Below, in pieces: positions 1 to 14,537 of a stretch of 64,000 nt of DNA. This DNA is from the human T2T-CHM13v2.0 reference genome, Homo sapiens, in assembly GCF_009914755.1 (NCBI RefSeq), contig NC_060932.1; one strand, 5' to 3'. Every line of letters begins with the position of its first letter. Position 1 is the first letter of the stretch. The notes below the pieces were generated by a model. The model saw nothing but the letters and a program-made list of their open reading frames with translations, had not been told where the DNA came from and searched no databases. The position numbers and the translations under genes are program-made.

Positions 1-669
1 CAAACAGTAGAGATTGCACCTGTTTTCTTTTTGAGAGTATCCTTATCAGAGAGCCAGAACTAGTCATTAAATTGTGTTTGTTTGCTAACGTTGCTTTACC
101 TTGCTGAGCTAAAAGTGCCCCCATGGACAAAAAAGATCACAGACCACTGCGATTGACAGGGACTGCAGAGTGTATTTAGTTCCTCCCACCTCATTTCATA
201 GGGTGGAAATTGATAGGGGAAAGGGGGAATTCAAATTACAACAGACTTGATAGAATTCTTTTGCTGTTTTCCTCTAGACAGCTCAGGCTCAGTTTAAGGT
301 CCTTTTAAAAAGCCCCCATTTTCTGATCTGCTCCTTCAGAAACAGGGCAGCAAATATAAGGATGGGAACAGAAGTGAGAAAGGCACTCCGAAGCAACGGA
401 CACAAAAGAAGAGCGATTGATGGACCTGCCCGAGCTTGGGTAGATAATTCCACTCTGAACCAATCCTGGCATAGAGGAAAGACCATAAAATATTGATCCA
501 TGAACAGATATATCGAATTACCCATTCCTTCTTAAAATATACTAGTGGACAGACGCAGCGATACAGGTACATATCTTAACTGCTAATCCCATAAACGTGA
601 TTGAGCATCCACTCTGTATTAAATCCACAGAGATTAAAGTAAGGATATGCATATGTATAATGAGAAGAA

Positions 670-876
670 CAAACATTTATTGAGAGCTACAATGTTCCAG
701 GGGCTGGACCAAGTTATATCCTTAATAGTAACTACACTTAACCTTAATAGTAAGTACAATTGTTTGTCCATTTTATAGGTAAGGAAACTGAGAGTAGGTT
801 GATGAAGTAGCGTGCCCGAGGTCACACAGCTGACAGGTGACAGTGCTGAGATTCTGAATTAGTTTAGCCTGAGTTC
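670..876 (-). mobile_element. MIR SINE
   Basis: Antisense MIR core (ccattttataggtaaggaaactgag...aggtcacacagctg) and tail aacatttattgag. Confidence 0.75.
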
Positions 877-1011
877 CTAATCATTCTGCCCCAGTGACCT
901 CCATGAGACTAGATCCCTGGAACCTGCAGTAAAATGGGTGGCGCATACCCAAACGGAGTGCCAGTACCACGTGATAAGAACTTCAAATGGGACAAGGGAA
1001 GATGGGATAAA

Positions 1012-1296
1012 GAACAGGGAGATTTGCTAAATGATACAAAATTACAGCTGGATAGGAGGCGGAAGGTCTAGTGTTCTATAGCACTGTAGGATGACTGTAG
1101 TTAATAGAAACATATAGTTTCAAAGAGCTAGAAGGAGGATCTTGAAAATTTCTAACACAAAGAAATGATAATGTTTGATGTGACAGATATGCTAATTATC
1201 CCGATCTGATCACTATACCTTCTATGTATCAAAAGATCGCTAAGCACCCCATAAATTTGTACAATTATTATTTGTCAATTAAATAAATAAAAGAAA
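1012..1296 (+). mobile_element. L1MA-type 3' end
   Basis: gatacaaaattacagct...gataggagg...tctagtgttctatagcactgtagg...tgtcaattaaataaataaaa matches an L1MA 3' UTR. Confidence 0.8.
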
Positions 1297-1380
1297 AAGG
1301 ATTCCAAATGGCAAAAAGGAAAGAAAGAATTCACAGGGAAGGTAACGCTAGAGCAGACGCTTGAAGAATGAGGGAGGAGA

Positions 1381-1542
1381 CCAGGTGAGGTGGCTCATGC
1401 CTGTAATCCTAACACTTACGGAGTCTGAGGTGAGAGGATTACGTGAGCCAAGGGGATCGAGACCAGCCTGGGTAACATAGCAAGACTCCGTCTCTATTTT
1501 TAATACATATTTATATTATAAAATTTAAAAAAAAAAAGAGAG
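1381..1542 (+). mobile_element. FLAM / free left Alu monomer
   Basis: Single monomer with A-rich tail; 16-bp TSD agaatgagggaggaga at 1365-1380 and 1543-1558. Confidence 0.9.
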
Positions 1543-2489
1543 AGAATGAGGGAGGAGATGTCCATTTGGAAAGGAGTGGAGGAGTGGAAACGCGCCTTAG
1601 GAATGGGGTTGAACTAAATAGGAACATCGTACCTGATGCTGTAGAAGAACCGTTCGAATGGCGCCAGGGTCAGACAAAACGTACCCCGGGGGCTCAGATG
1701 GTGGCCTAAATCCAGCTGAAGAGAGAGACCAACCTCCATGCAGTCGGGATGAAGAGTTGTAGACCACAAGGTGGAAATGGCCGTTGGCCATCGGAGCTCA
1801 ACCTTCATGGAGACTGGTGCGCCACTGCCCTCTCAGGTCACCAGCTGGACGCTGCCCTGGAGTAGACTAGCTGGGAGGGTTATGCAGGGTAGGGACGCAG
1901 CCAAATGGAGCTGCCAAGAACCAGAGAAATTACTGAAGATGGTGTCAAGTCCTCTGAAACAGTCTCCCTTTCCATAGCCCCTGGCTTCATCCAGCCTCAC
2001 CCTTGGAGATCAGCACGTGCTGCAGGCAGGGGATCTGCAAGAAACGCAAGAGGTATCAAAGAAAAGGCTGGTTCCACGTGATATTGACGCCCAAGCATCT
2101 AGCAAAATCAGCTTTCTGTTCTTTGCTCTGTGCTTGGTTAGGCAAGTCCTCGAGTTTGAAAGACCAAAAATCTTTCAATGTCCGTGGCTAACACATGGAC
2201 ATCAGTCACCCTGAGTGGCCCTAGCACCTCCGCTAATACTCGCTGTCCTCCTTAGAGAGGCCTCCCTTTTCTCTTTTGCACTCCTTGGATTTTCTCTTTT
2301 TCCATTTCCCACCCTAATCCTCTCTGAGGTTCCCTGTTCCCTTCCCTTTCTTCTTCCTCTTTCCTCCATCAGTCTCTGGTGGACCCGCCTCATGGCTGGC
2401 AGCTCTGGGGCCAGGCAGTTGCCAGTTCTGGTTCTCCAGGCCCACTGTGGAAGAGCAGCATCCCCTTGTGATGACAGACTACCTGCATC

Positions 2490-2632
2490 TAGATCCCCCA
2501 GAGAGCTGGGAAAATGCAGAGCCCTGGGCCCACCTCCAATCTGCTGAAATGGCTCGCTGAACTGGAAGGTATGCCTCCAACAAGTCTTCCGGATCAGTTT
2601 TTGCTCACTAAGGTTTCAGACCCTCTGCTCTG
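2490..2632. mobile_element. MER5-type hAT MITE remnant
   Basis: aaaatgcagagccctgggcccacctcc...aacaagtc...cactaaggtttcagaccctctgctc. Confidence 0.55.
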
Positions 2633-3785
2633 GAGATAAGGGCCCTAGAAACTTTGGTCTCTCATCTCTCTCTCTCTGCTTCCCCTATTAACCCTTCTCC
2701 AAAAAATGGAGAAGCTAAGTTGAAGGCACAGCATTGAGCTTTTCCTTTCCCTTCTGTCTTCTGTCTCGACGTCTTTCTCCTCTACTGGATGGTGAATCCC
2801 TAAGGATGGGAGTTGTGTTCTACTCAGCTCTGGAACCCTGAAGTTCCCATGATGTCTGGGTCACCATGGACACTTAGAAATGTTTGTGGAAAGAATAAAT
2901 TGTTGACGCAGGGAACACTCTCTCTCCCTTCCTCCCCGCTCCCTTCTTTTCCTCCTCCTCCCCTTTTCTGTTCCTCTTTCTCTTGGGATCCCCTCGGCCT
3001 TGGGCACAAAACCCAAATGTTTTAAGAGATTGTTAATGTTTAAAGGGAGACAGGCGGGCACAGGCAGGGCAATGGCAGGTTGCTCAATGGACAAACAAAT
3101 CCACCTTCTTCTGTTGTCTCCTAAGCCAACAGGAAGCAGCCAGAAGACGGTCAGACGGTCACTCACCCGGCAAGGGCTCGGGACAGCTGTCCTGCCTGCC
3201 CCACGCAGCAGTTGCATAACCTTGCTGCAATAATCAGAGCTATAAATAGTCTTTACTGAGAAGCCCCAATCTGGGATTGGACAGGCCCGAGGAGTGGCCT
3301 TTATTTGTTGCCCCTTCAAACCAGTGGGGAAAAACGGTTTTTGAAAGTCTCACTTATAGACTCTAAGCCTGGGGCAAAGTATTCCATGTTCTCCTTTGAG
3401 TTTAGCCTGTGGTCTCATTCTGTGACTGCATTTGGAGTCTCCATGCGGCTCTTTCTCCTTCTCCTTACTGTGACAATACGTGACCCAGTTCCACTGATGG
3501 AACGATGCTAACAAAGATAATGATGATCATTCTTTAGTAGATCTTCTTTTCCACCCGCTCCTATCACTCCTATTCTTGTCTCGTCTTTTGTCTCTTGTGT
3601 ATGGCCCTTTCAGTGCCTTGCCCATTGATTGGTGACTCTATCTCCATCTAGTCTATAAGACCAATTCTTCTGAACACTTGTTTTTTTCACGTTTTCCCCC
3701 GGTTCAGAGTCTTTCAGTGGCTTCCACTTACTTACAACAGCAGCCTACAATTCTCAAAGGCACCTCCTATTCTTAATGTATGTGT

Positions 3786-4082
3786 TTTGTTTGTTTGTTT
3801 GAGACAGAGTCTTGCTCTGTTGCTGAGGCTGGAGCACAGTGGAGGTGATCTCGGCTCGCTGCAACCTCCGCCTCCTGGGTTCCGGTGATTCTGCTGCCTC
3901 AGCCTCTCAAGTAGCTGGGACTACAGGTGTACGCCACCATGCCTGGCTAATTTTTGTATTTTTTAGTAGAGACAGGGTTTCACCGTATTGGCCAGGCTGA
4001 CCTTTAACTCCTGACCTCATGATCCACCCGCCTTGGCCTCCCAAAGTGCTGCGATCACAGGCGTGAGCCACCATGCCTGGCC
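3786..4082 (-). mobile_element. AluS
   Basis: Full dimeric Alu, antisense, with (TTTG)n tail. Confidence 0.95.
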
Positions 4083-4349
4083 AATGTTTGTATTTATTTA
4101 TAAATCAAATATGTGTGCTACTGTCATTTTATAGAAAATATTAGAAAAGTTTACTTTCATTGTTAATTTTTGACAAACCATAAATAGTAGTTCTAATACT
4201 TTCTCCCTGACCGCCAGTGGATCACTGTGAATACCCTACAATGGATATCACTGAAGATAGCATTGAATCATTTTGCTGGGATATCAAAGGCTTCCAAGAT
4301 CTAGTTTCAGGTCATTTCTCCATTGTCTCAACATTTCTTAGAGATGACT

Positions 4350-4835
4350 ATGGCCAGGCACAAGGCTAGGCTCAGGAGGCAACAATGAGTAGTTACCATC
4401 CCTGCCTATCAGGAGCTCACAGACTGGTAGAGGAGATAAACTCATAAACAGGTAACTTTTGGAGAGTCCTATGTATCATCAGAAACGTTTGCACAAGGCA
4501 TTAAGAAAGAACAGTGGAAAGAAATGACAGCCTATGTGAATCCAGAAAGGCTTCATGGACGACTATTTGAGCAGGGTCTTGAAGGATGAGTATTTCACCA
4601 AGTCACAAAAAGGACAAAGGGCCTTCTGGGCACAGGCAAAGGCACAAAGGTAAAAGAAGAGCTTGGTACACCGGGGAAGGGAGAAGCTGTTCACAGAAGC
4701 TGATGGGGCCTGGAGGAGAGGGATGGAAGATGAGGACTATAAAGGGAGGTTGAGAACAAATCATGGAGGACCTTATCTGGCCATACCAATAAGACTGGCT
4801 GGTATCCTGAAGTTAGTGGGATTCAAGGATGTTGT
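4350..4835 (-). mobile_element. L2 3' region
   Basis: cctgcctatcaggagctcacagactggtagaggag...gaaaggcttcatgga...tttgagcagggtcttgaaggatgagta is typical antisense L2. Confidence 0.65.
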
Positions 4836-6008
4836 GACAAACTACATTTTCTCCTAAATCTGATTTTTCCTGACCTCTCTGCAGGAGTAACAGACTATAA
4901 AGTAGGAAGAATAAAATCAGCATTTTCCCCAGGGCTCTCATGAAGCTGATAGTCTGGGCTGCTCAGGAGGCCCCGCACCAAGGGCCACAGCCCCAAGACA
5001 GTAGGACATGCCCCTCTCCAAAGTCTAAATGCAAGGTCAAGAGCATCCAGTGTTTGAACTAAAACTAAGGAAAACTTGCACTGCATGACTGGGACTAGTG
5101 GTCATTGGAAAAGCTTTTCAGGGGTCACTAGAATTTGACTTTGTGATGAGATGAAGACGTATCTCTTGCACATTGTCAGGAATAAATCAACCCAAACTCT
5201 AGTAAAAGAACAAAGTTGTAAAATATAACACAATGACAGATGCATGTAGTTTAATGAAACCAAGATTGGACGATAAGAATTTTTCATCTCTGGCTCGCCA
5301 TAGTTTCAGGGTGGGAGACACCGCTATCCATCTTCTACGTTTATCACACTTTTATTAAGAAATTGATGTTTAAACAGTGTTCCCAGAGAAGCCATTTATC
5401 TTTTAAGTTCATTAGCATGTGCAATTCCTCTTCTAAAAAGCTTCACCTCAAAAATCTTTGTAGAAGGGTTTTCGTTCATTTAGTCAACCTTTATTATGTG
5501 CCTAATGGTTGCCACGCGCTGCTCTTGGCTAAGTTTTTGCTTCTAAAGTATTTCCCTTCATCTGTGAAAAGAGTGCAGATGGCCACTGTCCTCATGATGG
5601 GGACTTTCAGTTTTGCCCAGAAGGGATGCTAGACAGACCCTGAGCTATCTGCTCTGTCCCTCCTGTGAACAGGGCCAGGCATTTGTAAGCTCCTTGGGTC
5701 ACGTTTGGAGGTGTCGTCTGTGTTGGAGGACTGGCACCTTCTCTTGTGGAATAGAGTTGTCCTCTGTGCTGTGCTGAAACAGCAGCCTTGAGCTTTTAGC
5801 CTAATGTGCTAACAAAATGAAATAATCGTCCAGAGGGAAAATGTTGGACGGAATTAGAAATGATAGAGATCCTCATCTGGACAGGGACAAGACTGTTAGA
5901 GATTATAAGAATGAAACGACAGGCCTGAGGTGCAGCTGTGTAGGCATGTGACCAGCAAGGTACTGACAACCTGGGCAAGAGCAGGGTGTCATAGAAGATG
6001 GACTGGAC

Positions 6009-6414
<406 letters not shown>

Positions 6415-7170
6415 TCAAGGGAGGATACTAGGTGTTGCTAGCTAAGACCTTGATTCTAAAGTGTTGCATTTATTTCATATTTCCACACTTGTCAACAAAA
6501 GTAAGATGGATTAGGTCGGCACTTCCTCTTGTATGTGTATATCTGAAATCTAGCTGCTTTCGTTACTGTAGATAAGTGTTACTGACATGCCATTTTTCTT
6601 TGGAAATCCTTTGGAAGGGAAGAGAAGGAAATAAACATTCTTTGTTATCAGCTGTTCTCATTAAGGGGTTCATTCTGTGGCTCCTCTGATATCTTCTAAT
6701 GAAGAGTGAGGCTGGGAAAAGGAGAAAGAGACATGCAAAGGGGAAAAGGGATCTCATGGGAGAGATGAGAAACCAGAAACATTGGTCCACCTCATCAGGA
6801 AAGTTGACTTTTGTGTCTTGAGCACGTTGTTTAAATATCTGTCATCACAATTCCCTTGTTTGCAAATGACAGTGATAATGCCAGCTTATCTCATTAGGGT
6901 GTTATGGGAGAAATAATAACAGCTTAAACACACAGTCAACAAAGTACTGTCAGAATGCTCATTGTCACCGGTAACACGAATTGGTTTTTACATGGGCAGT
7001 AGCGATCCCCAAATGAAGATCCTTGTCCCACTCTCCCTGAGAAGGAGGCCATGCAGGAGCTATGCCCAGGCAGCACTGCCCAGGTAGGCAAGATGGTCTG
7101 CCAGCGGTTTCATTTCTGTAAGGCCCCAATGAACCTCTTAGGAGTGACAACCAGCCAAGCTGAGGCTGAA

Positions 7171-7189
7171 GGCTGCCCTCTAGTTGTAA
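7171..7189 (-). promoter_or_regulatory. CTCF-like motif
   Basis: gctgccctctagttg, one mismatch from the common CTCF core GCTGCCCTCTAGTGG; motif only. Confidence 0.35.
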
Positions 7190-7530
7190 GACTGCTAAGC
7201 AATTCAGAGTAGATGCTGTTTTGCCCAGGAGGGATGCCAGACAGACCCTGAGCCACCTCTGGATGATTGATTGTTTCATTTGGTTAGGCTAGGCAATGAA
7301 GAATTCAGTGAATGGCAAAATAGTCTAGGAGTACTCAGACAAGATGGCCTATGGGCTGGGGTTCAAATAATTACATGAGTGCGGGCCACAAGTCAGAAAA
7401 AACGTGTATATGTAAATTCCTTTCTATTTATATATGATTCATATATTACGTATTTTTAATGTTTATTTAGATTCAGACTTATCACAACTGCTGACCCTAC
7501 CTCCAGTCCTCACCTCTGATTCGCTCTGAG

Positions 7531-7729
7531 CAGAGATTGGCAAACTGCAACCTGTGTGCCAGATCCAGCCTGTGGCCTGTTTTTCTGTGACCCAGGAGCT
7601 GAGAATTAGTTTTACATTTTTCAAGGGTTGTAAAACACACACAGGAATAGGCAACAGAGGCCTGATACAGTACAAAAAGTCTAAAATATTTACTACCTGG
7701 CCCTTTGCATAAAAGTTTGCCAACCTCTA
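7531..7729 (+). mobile_element. MER58 (probably MER58C) hAT-Charlie MITE
   Basis: TIRs cagagattggcaaact / agtttgccaacctcta; degenerate 8-bp TSD gctctgag (7523-7530) / gccttgag (7730-7737). Confidence 0.85.
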
Positions 7730-7779
7730 GCCTTGAGGACTTACTGGCCTCTTGTGTATGACATGATTTGTGATTGCTT

Positions 7780-7955
7780 TCTCATTTCATCCTTACAGCC
7801 ATCCCGGAAGGGACGTAGGACAGTTGCTATTATGTCCATTTTAAAGGTGAGGAAACAGAAGGCCAAAACAGTTACCTAACTGCTGGAGGTCACATTCATA
7901 GTGGCAAGGCTGGGAATAGACCCATGGCCTTAGAATTCCCCGTCCAGGACTCTTA
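7780..7955 (-). mobile_element. MIR SINE
   Basis: ccattttaaaggtgaggaaacagaaggc...gaggtcaca core. Confidence 0.7.
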
Positions 7956-8379
7956 TCAGTAGATCACAGAGAGAATGACTGACGCAGCTCTTCTGTACCA
8001 GGGGAAGGATGAACTGAGTCCAGACTGATCGGAGGACATTGGGTCTGTCTACTCTTTCTTAGCAGGCAGCCTACTGGGGGAAAAAGTCACAAAGAGGATT
8101 TGGAAATTCTAGCAATTTTTAACTAGTCTTATTACAGACTTAGGCAAGGCAGGCAACAAAAGTTCACATATTACCCTGAACTGATGTCTCAACTCTCCAA
8201 GCTGACAGTGCCCCCCGCCCCCTACCCTGCAGAGGAACCCCCGAAGACAGTGGCAATGCACTTGTGGCAAAGGGCTGCTTGCACCCCTGGGCTGTCTGTA
8301 CTCCTAGTTCAGAATTCAACCCCCTCTCCTCCAGTGAGTGCTGCAGGGAGCTGCCGGAGTGAATGAATGCCCACATTAT

Positions 8380-8605
8380 CTGACGCCCCGGCCTGTCGGC
8401 AGCTTGCCGGCCACAGACCCGGGCGGACCGCGGGCACCTGGCGTGGACTGCTATGTCCCTGACATAAACAGCCCACAGCTGAGTAGCAGCTTGTTCTTAT
8501 CCCCGCCCTAAGCAAGGTCTCCCCGAACCCAGGCCTCCCTGCTGCCCTGGAGCTGAAGAGGGGCTTTGTGCCCGTAATTCAGACCAGCTTCTGCCTAACG
8601 CGCTT
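8380..8605. promoter_or_regulatory. Small CpG/GC-rich cluster, candidate enhancer or promoter
   Basis: About 14 CpG in ~225 bp of non-Alu DNA; GC boxes gggcgg (8421) and ccccgccc (8501); forkhead-like cataaaca; GATA cttatc. Confidence 0.4.
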
Positions 8606-9239
8606 GACTGATACCAAGCAGAGACCTGGAATAAAGATGTGCATGGGGATGGTGCCTAAGTCTTCCCCAGGCAGGCAGGACTGGGGGCTGCCAAGACCCA
8701 GGCCTATCTGCCTGTCAGAGATGATTTAGGGAGCTTTGATAGAATAGTAGGAGGCTGGGCAGGGTGACTTTAGAGGCTCTTCTAACAACTTACAAATCCA
8801 AGTCCTCAAATACCTTCCTTTTGACTCAGTGTGGAGGGAGATTGCCATTCTTAGAGATCGACCTCTAAGAAACAAATACAGAGTCATTACTAATTTCATC
8901 CTATCAGTAAGTTAGTAATTTAGCCCTTACTAGGTAGAGACCTGGACCCTAGGGAGGAACAACAGAGAGGGGAAAAGGAGGAAGACAGGAAAGAGTGGGG
9001 CCCCTCAGAGGCAGAGCCCCTGCACACCAAGCCATAGCGCGGGAGTACTGAGAATCTGGGCAGCAGGTGTCAACAAAGGGGCTCAGTGAGGGTGAGGGCA
9101 CAGCAGTATTAGGCCTTGCTGCCTTTGTAATTCTGCCTCATCTTCACTCTTCTCACAGCAGCTCAAACATAAGGAAGCCTTCTCGCTGGGTTCTCACTGC
9201 CATCTTCTCATCTCCACCCACCGTGGCTTCCCCATCCTC

Positions 9240-9515
9240 TGTCTTTCGCTGTCCCAGAGAACCTTTTGCACAACCCGGTTCCACACTAGCAACTCTCATC
9301 TTAAAGATCACACGGATCTGCAGCTCCTTATGCAAGTCTTGGCCCTGCCTTGTACTTTTTACGGCCCTTATTTCTTTCTACCTTGAATTCCAATTTTTGG
9401 AGACTTGTCTTACTTCCATCATGAGACTGTGGGCAACTTGAGGGAGAGGCCTGTCTGATTCAGCCAGCACCAAGCACAGTCCTTTGCCCACAGGTGAAGC
9501 TGCAATAAATATCAA
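9240..9515 (+). mobile_element. L2 3' end
   Basis: ctcatcttaaagatc...gactgtgggcaacttgagggagaggcctgtctgattca...caataaata. Confidence 0.55.
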
Positions 9516-10829
9516 GCCATTTTAGTATTTCCTCATGATTCTTCCAGCCAGATGCTTAGAAAAACTTTTAAAACCCTAGGGAAGGGCCAGCTGGGATCTT
9601 TATAGCTGCTCTAATCTAAGAGGGATTCTTTTCATGCTCAGGATTTAAAAAAATTTAATGTTATTCAGGACATCAGGTTGCATCAGACACTAATAGAGAT
9701 TTCCAAACTCCTTAGCAATCACCCATTCAAAACTTCTGCCAATACAAACATGTCCAATGACGGGGGAGAAGAAAGAGACTTCATTTTCTTTCAAAGTCAT
9801 TCACATGTAAAGATCAATTAGGATTTATAGAAGACAATTCTTACCAAGGGGCTCACTAGGCTTTAGTTCTGAAATCACGTTTTTCCTTCGCAATCACATT
9901 TTTTGTAGGTCTCTTATTAGACCTGCCAAAACAGGCAATCTGCTGTGTCTGCTTATTTGCTGAATTGCTGCTGACGTAAACTCAGCAAACAGCAACAAAA
10001 AACTGTTTTAATGAGACTTTAAAGTTCGGCTGTGAAAATTGAAAGTCACCCAATAGCAAACCACCCAACCACCTGAGAATATTGCACTGCAATGTTCTTG
10101 TCGCTCACAGCAATTCTATTTCTGACCAGCCAGTTTACAGTAGCAGGAGGGAGTGAGGCAGGGAGGATAAGAAGCAGTTACCCAGGGACAATTTGGGGAG
10201 AATTAAATAGAAAATGTTTGCAAAGGGCCCGGCATAGGACTTTGAGTCAAATAGATGCTCAATAAATACTGGTTGTCCATTCTGTGGGCTTCTTTTAGAT
10301 CTCATATGAGTAGAGTTCACCGTGGTGCACAGTATTCTTCAGTATAAAATTTGGACTTTGAATGCATTCATCTCTTTGAATAATTAAACAAATGCAGTCA
10401 CTCACACGCTCAAAGAAGGCCATGATGAGAGTGTGTTACAAATCGAGTTCTAATTAATCTAATTCTATCCACGTGAGGTCAATTAAAAACAAAAATATGA
10501 ATGACTCTATCTTTTATTGTTTTAATCAATCACATAGGCCCCTACTTGTCCCAGGAAGTCAAGTATCTCCCTCTAGGGACCTCCACTTCTCATTCAAGAA
10601 AATACTCTTCCATTCCAGTCTGGCTCAGCACAAAGGGGCTGATGATCACTTCTGGTGTCAAGGCCAGGCATCTGGAAACTGAAAACTGTTAGTAGTTAAC
10701 TGTATCTCTTGCATGGCTGTGCCACACAGTATTGTGGATGGAGCTTCATGTGATCAGTCCCTGGATGCTTGCCCTCTCTGTGGCAATACTCTGGGTTTCT
10801 GCCCAGGCCAAGTGGTGTTCCGCTCCTGA

Positions 10830-11316
<487 letters not shown>

Positions 11317-12051
11317 AGATTTATTTTTTATTAAACTTGAATGTTAGCAGGTTATATGTAAATATATGTAATATTGACTAGATTTTCTATGTATATAATG
11401 CAAGTAGAGAATAAGGAATGCTTAATAAATACACTTTTTAAATAATTCATTTCTTCTTTAATATAACTCTGGAAACCAGGCACTGCTGTTTCTAGATCAA
11501 AATGTCAATGTCTCTTCTGTTTTGTTTTCTGGACATGGATTCCTAGAAAAGTTACACCTTTAGATTTCTGGGACTTCAGTATAGTTATGGTAAATTTTTA
11601 GTACTATTTTTCCCTACAGTTCAAGCATATCAATTTATAGTGCTTCCTTTATCCTATCAAGATTAATTGAGGAAAGCAAACTCAACAATGTTATTTCATT
11701 TTCATTACGTTTGAAATACAATTTTTTGGAGTCTGGTCTACAAATGGACAATTTTAAGAATATAGTTCCGTCTATCACTTTCATTTCTGGAAACTCATTC
11801 CAGTGTAGTTAAGTGGGTCAGATAATTTTCCATGAAATGAGTTTCTCAGATGTAATTTCTTTAGAAATGAGTGCATTGCATCTTATATTTCTTAACTACA
11901 GTGTCTAGGTATCTCACGCACAGACACCCTTCAAAACAAATATTCCAGATTTTGTTTCTGATGGCCTAGTCTTTGGTGAGAAGGCATGGAAATTTTTCCT
12001 TGGATCAATGAGCAAGTCAATTTATTTCAACAATTCAAAAAAACTCTTTCT

Positions 12052-12459
<408 letters not shown>

Positions 12460-13669
12460 TCAGCAGTTCAAGGCACAGAATCATATTCCGTACTCAGTGC
12501 TAATTGCAATGTCCCTGACATTTTCCAATTCTAACCTTTTAGTGCTAAGCAATTGCTGGTGAATAATGTAATGAATGGGCTGAAGTTCTCTGTCCTTACA
12601 AATGTTGCCTTGCTACATTTTCTAATAAGTCTGAAATTAACACTAACAGGTCACCTGTCACAGCCTGTAACCACGCTGTCTGATATTGACTGGTCTACTG
12701 TCTGCTCAAACCATCAAGACTCTCCTGGCACCCCTAAATAGTTCATTTCCTGATATTATGTCTGTCATACTGATATATCCAAATGACCTCTTAGCCCATC
12801 AATCCTAATCAACTCCATGAACAAATATACTAACTTACCAGCTACAGCAAGAAAACACTAGTAATTATTTACCTTTCTTACGTAAGTCGTGCTATGGATT
12901 CTTAGCCATACCTTCAACACACACTGCAACAGAATTTCTGGTTGTTTCTGTTTGGGATACGTAATGTCTGTTGCATTCAATAGACACTCTTGTGTAAACT
13001 CACCATCTGTCAGTGGTATTGACGCCCACGCAGAATTTTCTCTTAAGATATAGTGGCATTTAACTACAGCATCACTTTAACAGATTCAGTTTTTTTTAAA
13101 AGCCTTTTAAAATACCTGTCCTCTTTTTGGTTTAGTGTTTTTTATCATGCATATTTTTTCATACTGGTCATAGGTATGACCATGTTTTGTTGCATCCCTT
13201 ATATTCTTTTGACACAGAAACACAACAACCTTCTCGAGGTATCTTTCATTTCAGAGAAGCAGCAGGTGGGAGTTCAGTAGATCTGATCTGTGACATTAAA
13301 CCAGGCAACTTAACTTCTCTAGGTGTCAAGTTCTGGGTCTCCTCTGCAAAAATGATGGCTGGCTGCTGACTAACCCTCTAACGTCCTATGCATTCTAATA
13401 TGTTTAAATTTTATGGCCTGAAGTCCTAATGGATCCCAGGTTCCTCCTCTATCCCAGAGGCAAGCTGCCTGGAAGAGGGACTTTTTCCTAAGGAAAATGA
13501 GTCTGTACCCCAAGCTATAACAGACACTCACAGCAAAGCAGCAGTATTATTCATCCTAGCACTACTTAACCTTACATGTGATTATATGCAAAGCATTTCA
13601 TTGCTTTTCACTTTATGCCTACATATACATAAGATAAAAGGGAGAAGAAAGGATAGATGAGGTGAGAGG

Positions 13670-13900
13670 GGGCCTAACATTACGTACCTACCACAAATCA
13701 GGTGTATGCAAGGACTTTTATATACAAGCTCTCATTTAATCCTCCCAATAAATCCATGTGGGAGATTATGTTGTCCTCACGTTACAGATAAGGAAAAGAA
13801 GCTCAGAGGCTTTCAATATTCTGGCCAAGATGACACAATTAGCAGCAGATCTAGGATCTGACCAATTTGGCTTGACCGCAAAGCCCATGGTGTATCCACT
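13670..13900 (-). mobile_element. MIR SINE
   Basis: ctcatttaatcctcccaataaatccatgtgggagattatg...ttacagataaggaaaagaagctcagagg. Confidence 0.75.
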
Positions 13901-14537
13901 ATACACTGTGTGATTCTTCGTTCCTGGGCAGTCTTCCTTGCCAGTGGGTTTTCTTGGGTTGCCCATCTCCCAGGCTGTCCATGCTAAACAAGAATGCTTT
14001 ATTCTCTTATGCCCCTTGGGCCCAGAAGCCCTGGCTCAATCTTGGGTTGACCAGGTTGAAGGCCAAAATGAGGAGAGACAAGGCCAGGATGCAGAGCCTG
14101 GTGTGAAGATCAACAAGACCCAGGAGCTGAAGGTCCAGCCGGAGCCCTGGGTCCAAGCTGGGTGAGCCTGTAAGAGGCAGGAGCAGGTGGAAGCTGAGAG
14201 GCAATGGCCAGGAGAGGCAGGGAACAGGCCCAGGTCACACAACCTGAATGTGCTTAGGGGCTGTTGCAGGCCATAGTCCAACCCAAAAGCACTGACTGCC
14301 AGAGAGTCAAGTCTTTTTCAGAGGAGATGGAAAAACCAACCAACCAATTAGACTGATTTTATACTGTTAGATGTAACACCTTGTGCTGGCTGGTATTAAC
14401 AGAACATCTGTGGCTAGAAGTACTCTCCTGATGGCATGCTCTCTCTGTCTCCTTTCTCCAGTCATTTCCCCCTAATGTTTATCATGAGCATTGTAAGAAG
14501 AAAAAAAAATAATAATGAAAAGAAAGACAAGAAAAGG

